This document shows, one piece after another, positions 25,051 through 38,014 of a stretch of 64,000 bases of DNA (positions within the stretch are counted from its first letter, which is position 1; every line of letters starts with the position of its first letter). Under the pieces are notes generated by a model. It saw only the letters and a program-made list of their open reading frames with translations. It had not been told where the DNA came from and made no database searches. The position numbers were made by a program, and so were the translations under genes. The stretch lies in assembly GCA_965112155.1 (NCBI GenBank), contig OZ218102.1, one strand, 5' to 3'. Origin of the DNA: Podarcis liolepis (taxonomy: Eukaryota).

Positions 25051-27073
25051 AGAGGGTCCGCGATGAAGGGGGGGAGGAGGAGGAGGAACGCGCTGCTGGG
25101 ACGGACCTCTCCTGTCTCGGGAGGGGGAGACTCGCCTCGCAGGTAACCCAAGAGCAGCCCACTGGGACCCTGCCCGCCCCGCCTGGATTTGGAAAACCAG
25201 GCGTCTCATTGGAAGCAGAAGGCGCAGGACTTTATGCCAGGAGAGCTGAGACCTGGAAATAAACCCCCCGCCCCTACTGAGCACGGTTAAGGCAATCCTA
25301 GACAGGTCTACTCAGAAATGAGCCCCCCCGCCCTTTAATTCAGTGGGGCTTACTCCCAGGTAAGCGGGCTTAGGGTCGCCACAGGTTAGCTCTGTAATAG
25401 TGATTCAGAGCAGGGGCGCGCAGAAAGATCTATGGGTAATAAGACTTCTTGGTAACAAAGGCAAAGCAGGTAATTCACTTCAGTCAGCCCTTTCTAAATC
25501 AGCAACCTGGGAACCTGCCTTATACCAAGCCAGGCCACTGGTATATCTAGGTCATTATTGTCTACACTGACAGGCAGGCGCTCTCCAGAACGCTAGAAGT
25601 CCCAGGCCTACCCGGATTGAACCCGCGACTTGTAAAGCAGATGCTCTATCACGAAGCTACAAAGGTTGTTACCTGGTGGGAGGAATTTGCACTTTCAGAA
25701 GTAGTGGGTCCCAAGGTGCTGTGGGGGGTTGCCTCTAGCTTCCTGGCTCCGGGTTTAAAAACTCTAAGCAGATTCCACCAGCCTGAAGTCTGTCAACATC
25801 TAGCTTACAGAAGGTCAGGCAGCAACACTCAGCTCGACGCTCCCTAGGTGGCCTTGGGCCAATCATTCTCTCCCAAAGCTACATTGCAGGGTTGTTCGGA
25901 GGATTAAATGAGGGGAGGCTGGGGGAGGGGGCCCCTCTATGGATCACCCCTCAGCTACTTGGAGGACAAGCGCGATGTACATAAAATAAACCAACTGGGT
26001 TTCTTCTGCCGCCCCAAAGAGGATGGCTAGGTCTTTTGTGGATTGGAAGCCGCAGGCGGCAAGTCACGCGTCTCTCCCCGTCCCTCCCTGAAACAACCCC
26101 TCTGGGCCCACTTTGGTGGGGTGTAAAAGTTCCCTCCGTGGGCAACGGAGAAGCAGAGCTACTTCAGTCCGACGGAGTTGGGTCCTGTCGTGACTGCCAT
26201 TTCAAGCAATATTAAAGAGAGAGGCGAAGACAGGGAGATGAAAGCCTTTGCTTGCTAACTCCCAAATATCACCCACAGGTAGCAATGGGGCGAGGCGCCC
26301 ATGAGCTGACCTGCAATCTGTGCTTCTTTTCTCTCACTTTAGTCCGCGGATTGTAGCTGGTCGATTCCGGCCCCATCTCCATTTACGCAGGCCGGACTTC
26401 CAGTTACCTTAGCTTGGAGGTAGTGAGTAGGGCGAGTCCCGGGGAAGGCTTAATAACTACACAACCCGCCCCAATCCACACAGCTTTCGACCGGGGGACG
26501 TTTCCACTACCAACTCTGCACCGCTAATACAACGAATGCTAGTGATTCTTATTAGCAAATATTAATAATATGCACCCATGAAGATCGCAAGGTTCTCTAA
26601 TCGCTGCGCGAAGAATGTCTGTGGTTTGCGCCGCTTTCCTAAACATTTGCAGCCAAGTTCTGGGTGGGATGACGCCGAAGCGCCGCATCTCTTTTGCAGA
26701 GATTCGCTTCGAAGGCGGCAATTGCTCAGCAAATTTATCTCGGGTGCAGCCGGCAAAATTCCTTCAAGGAACCGGCAAGGGCAGGGGAACAGCTCTACTG
26801 GAGAGATTAGCGAAGTACGTAAATGCCGCCGCTTTCCAAGCCGCGTTTTGAAGTCACCTTCCAGCTAATTTGCTGGAACTTAAAATTAGGAAATAACACG
26901 ACGCACGTGCTCTTGCGTGGGCGAAGGTTGCATTTGTGGCAACAGTAGCGGTAAGGGAATTGAACGCTGATAAGTTCATGTAAGCAGCTTGGTGACTCCC
27001 CTTCCCCCCCCCCCACACACACATTGTATCTCGCCTTTAATGCATATTGTAGAGGTTTATTGCACTTGCTTTT

Positions 27074-27074
<1 letters not shown>

Positions 27075-27124
<50 letters not shown>
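27075..27124. repeat. (ATT)n microsatellite
   Basis: ~16 perfect units. Confidence 0.95.
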
Positions 27125-27125
<1 letters not shown>

Positions 27126-28077
27126 GTCCCTCAACGAAAAGACCACAAAGACATGGCCTGCGGAGAGAAGACCCGAAGGCCACAAGCGACGAGCGAAAGG
27201 CCATCTTAGACGGTGACAAGAACCTCAGGCTGAAAGACCTGAACGACTAGTTTTGAACCCTAAGGCACGGTCGGTTTCTCTTTTCCTGTTCAATCCAAGC
27301 GGGACCAGAAACACGCGGGTCCATTCCGCACACCCCATCCTCTCTCCCAATAGCCCAGTTCCGTACTCACTGAACTTGCTTAGTTCTGTCCCTTCCGTCC
27401 CCAGTTGTTTGCACTTATTTATTTAGAATACTTAGACCCCGGCTTTGTCCCGCTAAGAGGCTCTATCTCAAATCACCTTCCTAGTCCCAGTGGTGCCCAT
27501 AAGAATGGCTAACGAGTGACATTAGCGGGAAATGCTACAGGATTTTCTCAATACTGGTCCTTTTTTTTAAAAAAAGGCGTCTTTTCTACTTCCCAGATAG
27601 GGCTGCCTCTTAGAGATCCAGATCACAGAAGCATCTGTCCTTTGTGCTGGAGCGTGCGGGGCGGGGGGGGGGGTGAAGAAGTGAAGCTGCACCACTTTCC
27701 CCCCGAGGTGTGTAAGTGCCTGGTGTCTCTTTCCCCGCTGCAGCGCCTGCCAGCTCCTGCGGATGCCTAAAGCTCGGCTCTCCGCCTTCATTCAAAGTTC
27801 TTGCAGGATGTCAAGATCAAAGGACACCTTTCCCTGTTTCACTTAATGCCAAGGGGGACACTCTGGCTCTCCATCCATCTATCCCACACCCCAGTTTCCT
27901 TGCTGCATTTGTCAAGAACCGGGAAATGATTCCAGGTGCCCGGCTTGGCGCAAAGCAAGCGCGCGGGCCGCTCATCACGTCTCCCAAGACTGTGAAGGCC
28001 AAATTCCCGTCGATCTGAGCTGCTCTGTTGGCTCGTTGAGTCTTTGCAAAGCCAAGATTGTTACAGGCGCGTCCTTA

Positions 28078-28380
28078 GCATATAAGAGCAATTAGGGGCC
28101 TGGTCGAAAGCCTGTTCTCACAGTGGCCAACCAGATGCCCGTGGGAAACCAGCAAGCAGTATTCGAGCACGAGAACCCCCTCTCTCCCCTCCTGTGGTTT
28201 CCAGCAACTGGTACTGAGAAGCATTGCTACAGCCATCATGGCTCGTAGCCACCGGCAACTTAGAATTTGTCTAGTCCTCTTTTAAAGCCATAGAGGTCTC
28301 CGCTGCCTCCTGTGGAAGCGAGTTCCACAGCTCATCCTTGCGCGGCATGAAGAGGCACTTCCTTTGATCTGCCCTGAATA
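28078..28380 (-). mobile_element. CR1 LINE 3' remnant
   Basis: Colinear with the remnant at ~55597-56480 (cacagtggccaa, ctcttttaaagcca, ttccacag, cacttcc). Confidence 0.6.
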
Positions 28381-29109
28381 GCTTCGTTGTCCATTTGACC
28401 CTCTCATTCCCAATTCCGCCCCCAAATTGCTGGAACTTCAGCAGCAAGCTACCGGCCCCCTTTTTAGCCAGATCTGCAGCCCTCCCTCGCTAAGAAGCAA
28501 AAGAACTTACCCGGCTGCCTCTGGAGGAAAGGTGGGCTGCAGAGGCCTTGTCGCCGGGCAGATCAAACCCTCCGAGGGTGAGGCCAGGCTGGCCCCGTCC
28601 ATGCCCTTTGGGGGCCATCGGTCTTGGCCAGCAAACCCAAAGCGACAGCTCTCTGTCTTCGGCTCCGATTGATCCTCCCGGCAGCTGCCCCCATCCCTTC
28701 CTTAAAAAAAAAAAGGCACAACCCAACACCCCCAGAGTTCCCCCCTAAACAATGCACGATTGAATGCAGCTTCAATCTTGTCTCCTCTAATGAGAAAAGA
28801 GTGGGAAGAAAAGAGTGGGAAGAAAAGAGAGAGGGAAAATAAGCAAGATGCTCCGAGGTGCCCTGACTTTCCGGTCGCATCTCCAAGGCTGGTGGACTTG
28901 GCTGGGAGGGGGGAAAAATCTTCCCCGGTTGCACACTCCTTGAAATCGCGGCTGCTGCTCCCACAAACGTAGAGGCCGCCTGGACAGGCAGGAAGATCCG
29001 AGGGCGCGGACGATCTCGACTGTGCCTGAGCCGAAGTCAGAAGGAGAGATTCGTTTGATCGAAACCCCGATGAGAGAAGGTCCAGGAGGCTGAGACGCAG
29101 CATTCCCCC

Positions 29110-29171
29110 ATTAGAAAACAAAAATGAAACAAGCCACACCAAAGGGAGGGTAAGGTTTATATTACTGTATT
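29110..29171 (-). terminator. Candidate EXOC6 poly(A) site with variant hexamers
   Basis: Minus strand AATACAgtAATATAAA followed by a GU/U-rich tract (tttggtgtggcttgtttcatttttgtttt), ~1.1 kb after the stop. Confidence 0.35.
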
Positions 29172-30229
29172 CGGGACTGTCCAAATAACTTAATACACGG
29201 AGCGCATGAAAAGAAGGAAAGAAAGATACATTCTTTATGCAAGTCCCTCGATTCATTTGGTTTTTTGGAATTTAGGATACATTCGCTTTGCGTTTCGAAC
29301 GAGGCTGCTCCAGTGCAGAAGTTGAAAATTGGGAGGGACGGAGTGGGGTGGGGAATAGCTAGTCCTAGAAACACCCAGATGGACACACACAGACAGACCT
29401 ACCTACACAACTACACGCACAACATTGGCATCGCGCTGCCTTATCCCTTACGCAGGCAGAGGAAACTGGGGGGGGGCGCCGCGGGGGTTTAAGAATTGTA
29501 TATAAAAGTCCCGTCGCTCAAATACCCGAGAAAAGTCCAGTTGTTCAAAGACCACCAAGGCCGGAGTCTTGATTCAGGTAGTTTGGAAAGGCTCTCTACA
29601 AAAAAAAGAAAACCCTCTCCTTTTTTGCCCCCACTACAAAAAAAGAAAAAAAAATCTGGTATAGAAAACCTGTTGGATCACTTAAGGCTAATAATTTACA
29701 AATAATACAGGAGAGTGTGTGTAAATATATATATATTATATTTATATTTATATTTAGAGAGACAGGCAACTATTGAAACAGAAAAAGTTCCTTGTTTGGG
29801 AAAACATGACCTCGGGGTTAGTGTAGGGAGCAGCAAAGGCGGATTGCGTGGCAATCTCACCCCCACCAAGTCCTTTGGAAAAGGGGAGGGGGGAATCTTG
29901 AGGCATTGCCCGCAGACTGCAAAGAAAGTTATTTACAATCCCACTGTTGCATGTACAATTTGGCATTTTGCCTTGGTAAATATACAGCCCTATTCCACCC
30001 CTACTAATGTATGTGTGTGTGTGGGTTTGTTTTTCCTTTTACAAGTTGTTGTTGTTAAGATAGCATTAATTGACAGCAGTGCAGACGCTCAGGTTCTCTC
30101 CGGCTCTTTCCATAGGCCGGTCCCTTTCACAGCATCTTTTCCAGTTGTCCATGGAGCAAGGACCCTAACCGGGGAGACGCAGGCTTAGTTTTCGGCCTGC
30201 GCCCGCCGGTCTCCAGAAACGCCCGGCGT

Positions 30230-30359
30230 TCAGGAGTGCTGGGACATCCCGTTCACCAAGCCTCGCAGCTGCCTCACCACCGTCTCGATGAGCTTCTGCT
30301 TGTCGCGGTCGTTCTTCCTGAACTGGGCGAAGATGTTGTTCTTCTTCACGTCTTTCATT
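30230..30359 (-). CDS. EXOC6: EXOC6 terminal coding exon (MKDVKKNNIFAQFRKNDRDKQKLIETVVRQLRGLVNGMSQHS*)
   Basis: Acceptor gctttcag|A completes the split Lys codon; C-terminus matches EXOC6; TGA at 30232-30230. Confidence 0.95.
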
Positions 30360-32180
30360 CTGAAAGCAGAACGGGAGAAAAGGAAAGAAACAGAATTTAA
30401 GTTAGTTCGTTCGTTTTCAAAAGAAGCCCAAATTCCCTCCTCATTTGCGTTCGTTCCCAATGCGAAGGGTTTAATGTCCGCAGCCCCCCACCCAAACGCG
30501 CAAAAAACGGCGCGCTCGGAACGTTTGAGGTTCTCAAGCAGCCGAGTTTATGGCACCAACTTAATCCGATTTTCTTCCAATCGGAACGGCGTAAAGAGCA
30601 GTGTAGGCGAAAACAACAGAGACCCCCGGGAACTTCTAAGGCAAAAAATATTTTAGGATGGCATAAACTTTCCGGGACCTGAGTTCGTTTTCCAAATCTG
30701 AAAATTCTGAGCTGGGATGACAAAGAGGGATTTTCCAGTGCACATGACTTTTTTTTTTAATGGGGGATGGAGGCTACACTAAATATTATAGATGTGTGGA
30801 AGTATCCATGGAATCAAAGGGAATTCTGTTACAATCAGTTGTTTTTTAAGTTACTTGTACAAGGAACAGAATGTAGTTCATTGTAATTCGTATATGGGCC
30901 ACTACTTGTAACCATTAAGACACTTTAGTTTGGCTTGAGTTGTTTTTTGTATATTTGTTTGTTTTAGTCAGCCTTCCTATTAATCTCTTCGAAGCGGAAC
31001 CTTGGGTGGTTCAATACCAAAGGGAATAAATTCGGAGTGACAGAAGAAGTAAAACCGAAAAAGTACAAAAATACATACCCTCTGTGGACTCTGCAAAACG
31101 TTGGGGCGTTGAGAAGGGGGAAGAAAGAAAACGAATCAACAGTTAGAAAGGAAGGGGGTAGTTTAAGGTACAGCTAAATATTTATAACGCCTTTACATTT
31201 CAGGGTGTAGCTGCAAGCGGTGTGCCTTGAGTCCTAAACGCTCTTTGCTATTCCGCATTTGCGGCGAGGCTGAAGCTTTCAGAGAGCCTCGCTACTTCAA
31301 CCTAAAGAGGTTTGCTCAGACGTAAGTACCATTCAGCCCAGAGGGACGTAGTCCCAGGTGAAGCCTGCCCAGGACTGCACCTTCCTTCCTCTCTTTCCCA
31401 TTTTCAAGGCAGCTGCCGCGATCCTTGGAACAGCTAGACTGTGGAGACATCCATCTTTCTCCCTCTCCCTCTCGATCAAGGTTAGATCCTCAGCCAAGGC
31501 CTGCCTGCACTGGGGGGCACACTGGATCAAATGGATCAACTTTTTTGTAGCAATCTGATCTACTATCCGGTTAAATCAAAGCACGTGGACTTCTTTGGTG
31601 ATGGGAATTTTGCATAGCGCAACGCAAGCAAAGACCCCATACTGAAAAGAATCATTTTTAATACTGCAGTTTAGTCACATGTGTGTTGGCGTTTTTCTGC
31701 TGGTTTCTCTCTGTCTGTCTGTTTCTCTCTCTCTCTCTCCCAAAGAGTAATTACATTTTTTGGGAATAATTTTCAACCAAAAGGTCCTGCATATTAGGAC
31801 TTTTACCAATTGCTCCGAGATCCATCCCACACTTTGCCATCTTGCGTGGGCTTCTTTTGGGGGCGCCAATGAAAGGGGACTCGTCCGTCCAAGGAAATTT
31901 AGAATGGGCAAATTTCCTAAGCGGGAAGATGCAGATAGTGTGCAGTCCTAATCACCAGAGATCCGGATGGAGCTGCTAAAACCAAAAGAAGCATTTCCCC
32001 GTTTGCAAAGGGACAGGCGGCACCTAAGCGCACGCATTTGGGTTACAACCTAACCTTTCCCTATGCGTGTCCTGGGGGGGGGGTGCCCTAGCACTCGCTC
32101 TCCTGCAAGGCATTGGTCTCCTGATAGCGCCTGCAGAGATGGCTAGAGGAAGAGGAGGAGGAGGGCTGTGTGTGACTCAC

Positions 32181-32293
32181 TTCTCCAGGAGGGCCAAGGC
32201 GGTGGTTGGATTGACGCGCAGGTACTTGGAGCTGGGCTGCCCGTAGTCTGCTAGGTAAGTCGACCAATCCCACACCATGAAGAGATCCAGAAG
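32181..32293 (-). CDS. EXOC6: EXOC6 penultimate coding exon, 113 nt (LLDLFMVWDWSTYLADYGQPSSKYLRVNPTTALALLEK)
   Basis: Acceptor acttcag|CTT, donor AA|GTGAGT (phase 2); characteristic Sec15 peptide. Confidence 0.95.
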
Positions 32294-35200
32294 CTGAAGT
32301 GGGGGGGGGGGGCGAGAGGGGGACACACACAAAGTGACGTTAAGGGCCTCTGGGGTGTGGAGTTTCCTCTTGCTCCCAATGGATGTGGCGACTTTACCCC
32401 GTCTCCTTCGACCACCAACTTTCATCCCGCGTTAGGAAGAGCTCAAGATGCACAACACGACCCCCCCGGGGGGGAGAGGAAGAAAGCAAACGAAAAAATG
32501 GAAATATGCTTCTTTCGTCGTTTTAAAGCAAGCCATTTTTTAAAAATCCCCCGTTTTTTCAAGGCAGAGAGCCCCTGGAACCAATTTCTAATGGTATGAG
32601 ATTCATCAAATGTAACATCCGCTAATGCTAACGAGCTGGGCTTTGGCCCACAGCAGTTTATGCCACGAAATGTATCGCATAACCCACCCACCCTGGTGAA
32701 AGGCGGGAAATAAGTAAATAGGCAAAATCGAGCATAGAAGGAAGTCAATCACAGAAAACAGGCACGAACCGAGACCAAGAGGGGGCCGAGAGACTTCAGA
32801 AATACACTCCAGACTTTCGATAAAATACGGAGGCGTTATAAAACATGTCTATACAAATAAAAACCCCACTGGCATGGATACCCCTCATTTTCCAGGGGAA
32901 GATGAGCTGCATTTCCAGAGAACCTTAGTATGTAAAGCTCTGCCTCTATTTCTATTTTTCGTATTTTCCACAGCCATTCATGGAGGGCGGGAGGTTGGCT
33001 ATGCTCTGTGTCATTAATGTGAACAACAATAAAACCATACCAAATAGAAAGAAATTGGTCCTTATTTTGTGGACCTCTAGCGGCTCTAAGTTTATATGTC
33101 CATTTTTCGAGTAGGATCGATTCCCACACCTTCGTGCGCCATTAAGAAATATCTTCATTTGTTGAGTACTTTTAAGCTTGCCACACGGCACTGCTGTGTT
33201 TTTTTGTTGCAACACAGAACACAGCTTAGTACCCCTTTCGGGGAAGGGCGCATTTCAGCGCTCCGCCTTACAAAGCCTCCGTTTACAAACGCTGTTCTTA
33301 CACCTTAAAACGGGGGAAAGTGATCACTCAAGTTCCACAGATAATGCAATCGAAAAACTCGTTAATCAGAAAAATTGTTGGGCACCTCTCCTTCGTTTTA
33401 ACGGGGGTATGCTTTTCATACCAAAATTAAAACGCGTTTGAGTGGAATATGAATGTTCGTTCCAATGCCTCAATGCTCTTCCCACAACACGCTTCAAAAG
33501 TAGCCTTTATTTAAAGTACTGGCACAAGGAAACTGGAGGCGAGGAACAGAAGGAGCCGGGATAAAATAAAATAAAATTGGATAAAATAAAATAAAATAAA
33601 ATCCCTCGGGAGGGACCTCCACCCCGGCTCCTTCCAGCTGCCTTTGCTCTGCTCATAATATCCAGCCGGAGCTGCTGTCAAATCTGCGCGTAATCTTTTA
33701 AAAGGCGGCGTGACTCTCGCAGGAAAGCGCCGGGCCCCGCCGCCAATTTGAAGCCCTAATCCCCTCTAAGCCACTTAAACCCAACTTCCGATCCAGGCTT
33801 CTCATTGTTTCAAAACTGCCAAGCCCTTCACTCGCTACTTGGGGCGCGGATCGTCTTCCTTCCAGCCCCGGCGGTTTCTGGAGAGCAGGTTGTTTGGCGT
33901 CTTTGAAGGAGCCAAGGAAAAGGTGGGGAGGGGTGGCCAAGAGGAGTTTCTCGCACGTTTATTCCTCTGCTCATTATCAGGGCTCGGTTTGCCATTTCCT
34001 TTTCGCCTTAACCTGGAGACCGTGGGGCAAAAGGAAGGCGCGCGTAGGAGAGGAACGGCGAGGTCCCCCCAGCCACCTACACTTGCACCGCCTCCGGGGG
34101 CTTTTTGACACTCCCAGAGAGAGATTTGCAAGGAGCTCCGGTCTCTCGGCTTCCCAGCGAGAAGGGCCATCCGGGTTTCCCCACGGTGGCCCTCCCAAGT
34201 CGAGCGGAATCTTCTTCAGCCACCTAAACTCGAAACCAGTTCCCACCGGAGGAGGAGAAGGAGTGGGAAGGATGAGCGGCGCTGGATGCCAAGCAGACAG
34301 AGGCCGGGGAGGTGGGAAGGCTGACGCTAGAACTGTCTCGCTAAACCAAGGATGGGATGCTCAAGTCCCATCAGCCCCAGCCAGCGTGGTCCAATAGCTA
34401 AGGCTGAGGGCAGGCTACAGGTTACCCTATCCCGCTACACTTTGCGAAGGCTTTCCTCCTTCCATGCCTCCAGTCCCAAGGCTAGGACTTTCCTTCTTAA
34501 CCTACACCTGGATTTTCATGGGAGACCAGGCAAGGATGAAGAGGAGTGGGCCAAAGTGGTCCTTGGACCTGTTCAGGGTGCCATCTTCCCTTGCCACTGA
34601 CTGCAAAGCCTGAGTGCACTGCAGGGGTGCCAATTTGAATAAAATATTGTGAGGGCCCAGGTAACCCCCACCACGCATAACTGATCACATGATGCAGTGC
34701 ACACCTGCCATTTGAATGGGAATGCCCATCAACTTTGGGGAGGCCCAGCCCTCTCAAATATTTTATTGTGGGGGCCAAAGCCCACATGGACCCTAGGAGT
34801 TGGCTCCTATAGTCCACCATAGATGGCAAGGATGAAGGACAAGAGGTTGCTTCCAGCTAGACTTGAGGCCCGGCTTCTCCTTTGCTTAGAAATTAAAGCA
34901 CTGCTTATCCCTCATGAGGTCCAGAGTCAGGGGAGAGGAGACTTCACAAGCCTCCTCCAGCTCATCTACCACTGGAGGCCGGTTATTTCCATGTTTTCCT
35001 AAAAACAGGCCATTCCATAGATTATTGTCACTTCAGTCCGGCAGACACTACCTAAAAAGCCAGAGTCTCACATCTCTCTCTTGCTATTTGTGCCCTGCGC
35101 GGTAGGACAGATGGAACTTCAAGCCAGTGCAGTTTTTCCACATCTGCCTCAGAGACCAATTTATAAAAATAAGAGATGTCCCAAATTATGAGTGGGGTCA

Positions 35201-37845
35201 GAGGACAACATAGGGAAGCACCTCAGCTGGGCAGAGCCATCTGCAACCTTCTTTGAGCCATTTGAATTCTCTTGGCCACAGTGGGCAACTCCTCATTCCT
35301 GATCACCTCCCCCATCCTACCCTATAACCTCTTGGCTTCAGAAACCATAGGGAAAACGAGCCCTGCATTTCCATAGCATGCCAACCCTACCCTTTTCTGC
35401 AAGGTCTGAAGGAAAGACACATGTATGCAAACATGTTTTAACTAGTATGAATGTGGGCACTTCTGAGGTGGTGATGACAGAAAGAGGGGGAAGCCCATGC
35501 CTGAGCAGTAACACTGCAAGCTCTGAAATGTCATTCCACCACCCCAAATAAACCTTTAAGTCTGATTGCTACATACCTCGTCTAATTCACAGACCCTGGT
35601 TTCTTACCCATCATTACTATTCTTACCCATCATTACCCATCATTGCACCCCTATTCTTCTCTTAGAAAACAGAAGTAGGAGAGTATAGTTAAAGTGTCAG
35701 AAGGGGTAAATAAATCATGTTTGGTGTCCTTGGATTTCGCTTTAAGAAGAGCAAAATCCAGGACTAATCTGGATTTGTCCATGACCCTACAGAACAGCAA
35801 TTTCATGTGTAAGACGACATTTCTTCTGCTGAGCAGCAAGACCTGTAAGTGTAGCATCAGAGTGTAGCATTTCATTCACCACATGCTAAACAGGTTTCTT
35901 GACACTATTCATCTTGGTCGGACTACTCAGCCTATGATAGTAAGCACATGGACCTGGAAGTGAGCATTGGGATTAATGGGTCTTTACTTCCAAATAAGGT
36001 GCTTATGACTCAAGAGTTCGTTTTTGTTGGTAGTGCATCTTCATATTTAAAATTAAAAATTAAAAACAGGCAAGAAAAACACACAAAATGGCCTGAAGAA
36101 GCAAAGCGTGGTATGCTGATGAATCAAAAACCCTCAAGAAAACTGCTGGTATACATCAGTAAAAATAAAATAAAATCATATTCAGGATTCGGAAGACAAA
36201 AGCAAGTTCAGAAGCGTACATCTTACTTAACATGCAATTTTTCACCAGAGTTACCCAAAGGGGAAAGAAAGGAAAGTTTTACTCAGTAATATTTGTCCGA
36301 ATGAAAATGTCCAAGAATCAATTTATGGTAACGTCTTCATATCTATCACCAAAACCAATATTTTGCCCACAGAATCTCCATAAGAAACTCTCAGCCATGA
36401 AACCCTTTTGAAATTTGGTGACACTCACTTTACTAGCATCACTTTCCAATTTTAATCTGATGTAGGCTATCCTACATAAATGGTTCACATGCTGCTCATA
36501 TACAATTGGCTCAGTTTACAGTACAAAGTTCTGGAATAACTTTCTGTGTAAGCTTACAGCAGGAGCATAAAGAGCGAAATCGTACAGCCATCAATGTTTC
36601 TGTCCTACAAACCGTATTAAGAGCATTTTGCATTGGAAATCAATATGACTTACTCCTAAGTAAACATTAATTCAACAGCAAACCTGAAAATCCCTGCTGT
36701 GGAATTAAAATTTCGGTTCTTGCAATGTATCTCAGACTTCATAGTCTCTCCATTTAGCAATCCGGGCATGAGACTGCAAAATAAGATGTTTCCATTTTCT
36801 AATGCAGGTTGATTAATGTAGTGGGTTTCTGTATTTTTCATCATTCAGATAGATCAAATCAGTGCACTGGATAATGCAAAGCTTTGGCATAGCAAATGAC
36901 TTCCCCCTGTTTTCAGTTCTTCCCTTGGCAATCTCTAAATTAAAACATTACTCATCTAGTCATAGAGATGCACAATCTGGTAACGAGCACAACAGGCCAC
37001 CCATTCTTGCACCTCAACCAATTTGCCTGTCCCACCCTTTAATGTGTTTCTTGGTGTGTTTTTATAGTAGACTAATTAGCGCAGTGACAGTTTTTTTCTG
37101 GAGTGCTTTCTGACAGTGCAGCTAATTAGGCTCAGCCAAACACCAGATTTATTTTGGTGAGGCATACTGAAGTGCCTGTGCTCTTTTTGTTTTCAAATGG
37201 AGAAAATTAAAACGGAACCTGCCATGCAGGGCCGTCCCTGCCACTAGGCAGAACTGAAATGTGGCAACTGCATCAGGTGGCAGAGACTGGAAGCAATGGG
37301 CGCCCTGCACATGCATAACTAGCCTGTTGCGCCCTCGTGTTTGGCAAAGAGCACCATCTCATTGCCAGTATCAAAATAAAATGCAACTGCTAGTCCAGTT
37401 GGCTTCTGTAAATGGAAAAGTGGGGAGGGGGGCATTTTGCAGCAAAATGTCTAGGGGTAGCCCTGTCTGCCTAGTTATAGCCCTACCCAAAGAGGGTACC
37501 ATTCGCAGTGTGTGACGTTTCCTGGGATACTGATGCAGCATATTCCCATATACTTTATCATGCCTCTATGGTTGTGTTAGCTACTGCACCACGTATCCAA
37601 GTAGACATTGGCAAAATGTTTTGCAGAAGGCTGATTAATCAAATTTGGGGGGGGTGTCACACTTCAGACTATCCTGATATATCATCCTTGGGTATTCTTG
37701 AAAGAAAACTACACATATCCATTCAGATATAATGCAGGCCGACTGTGGACTGCGCAGGGTGGCTATTTGAAGAGTAATGCGGGTACTACTCCTCAGATTT
37801 ATCAAGATCTATGCAAGAAACATTAAAGCTGCACTACTCAAAATA

Positions 37846-38014
37846 CCGTATTTTTCGCTCTATAACACGCACCTGACCATAACACGCACATAGTTTTTAG
37901 AGGAGGAAAATCCGTAGGCATGCCACCCGTAGGCATTTCCTCCATAACATGCACAGACATTTCCCCTTACTTTCTAGGAGGAAAAAAGTGAGTGTTAGGG
38001 TGCAAAAAATACGG
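37846..38014. mobile_element. Mariner/Tigger-type MITE
   Basis: TA-CCGTATTTTT...AAAAATACGG-TA. Confidence 0.8.

Larger units (their letters stand above)
19600..34450. other. Extended CpG-rich domain covering CYP26C1 exons 1-3, the intergenic region and the last two EXOC6 exons
   Basis: Visibly frequent CG dinucleotides versus CpG-depleted flanks; boundaries approximate. Confidence 0.6.
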
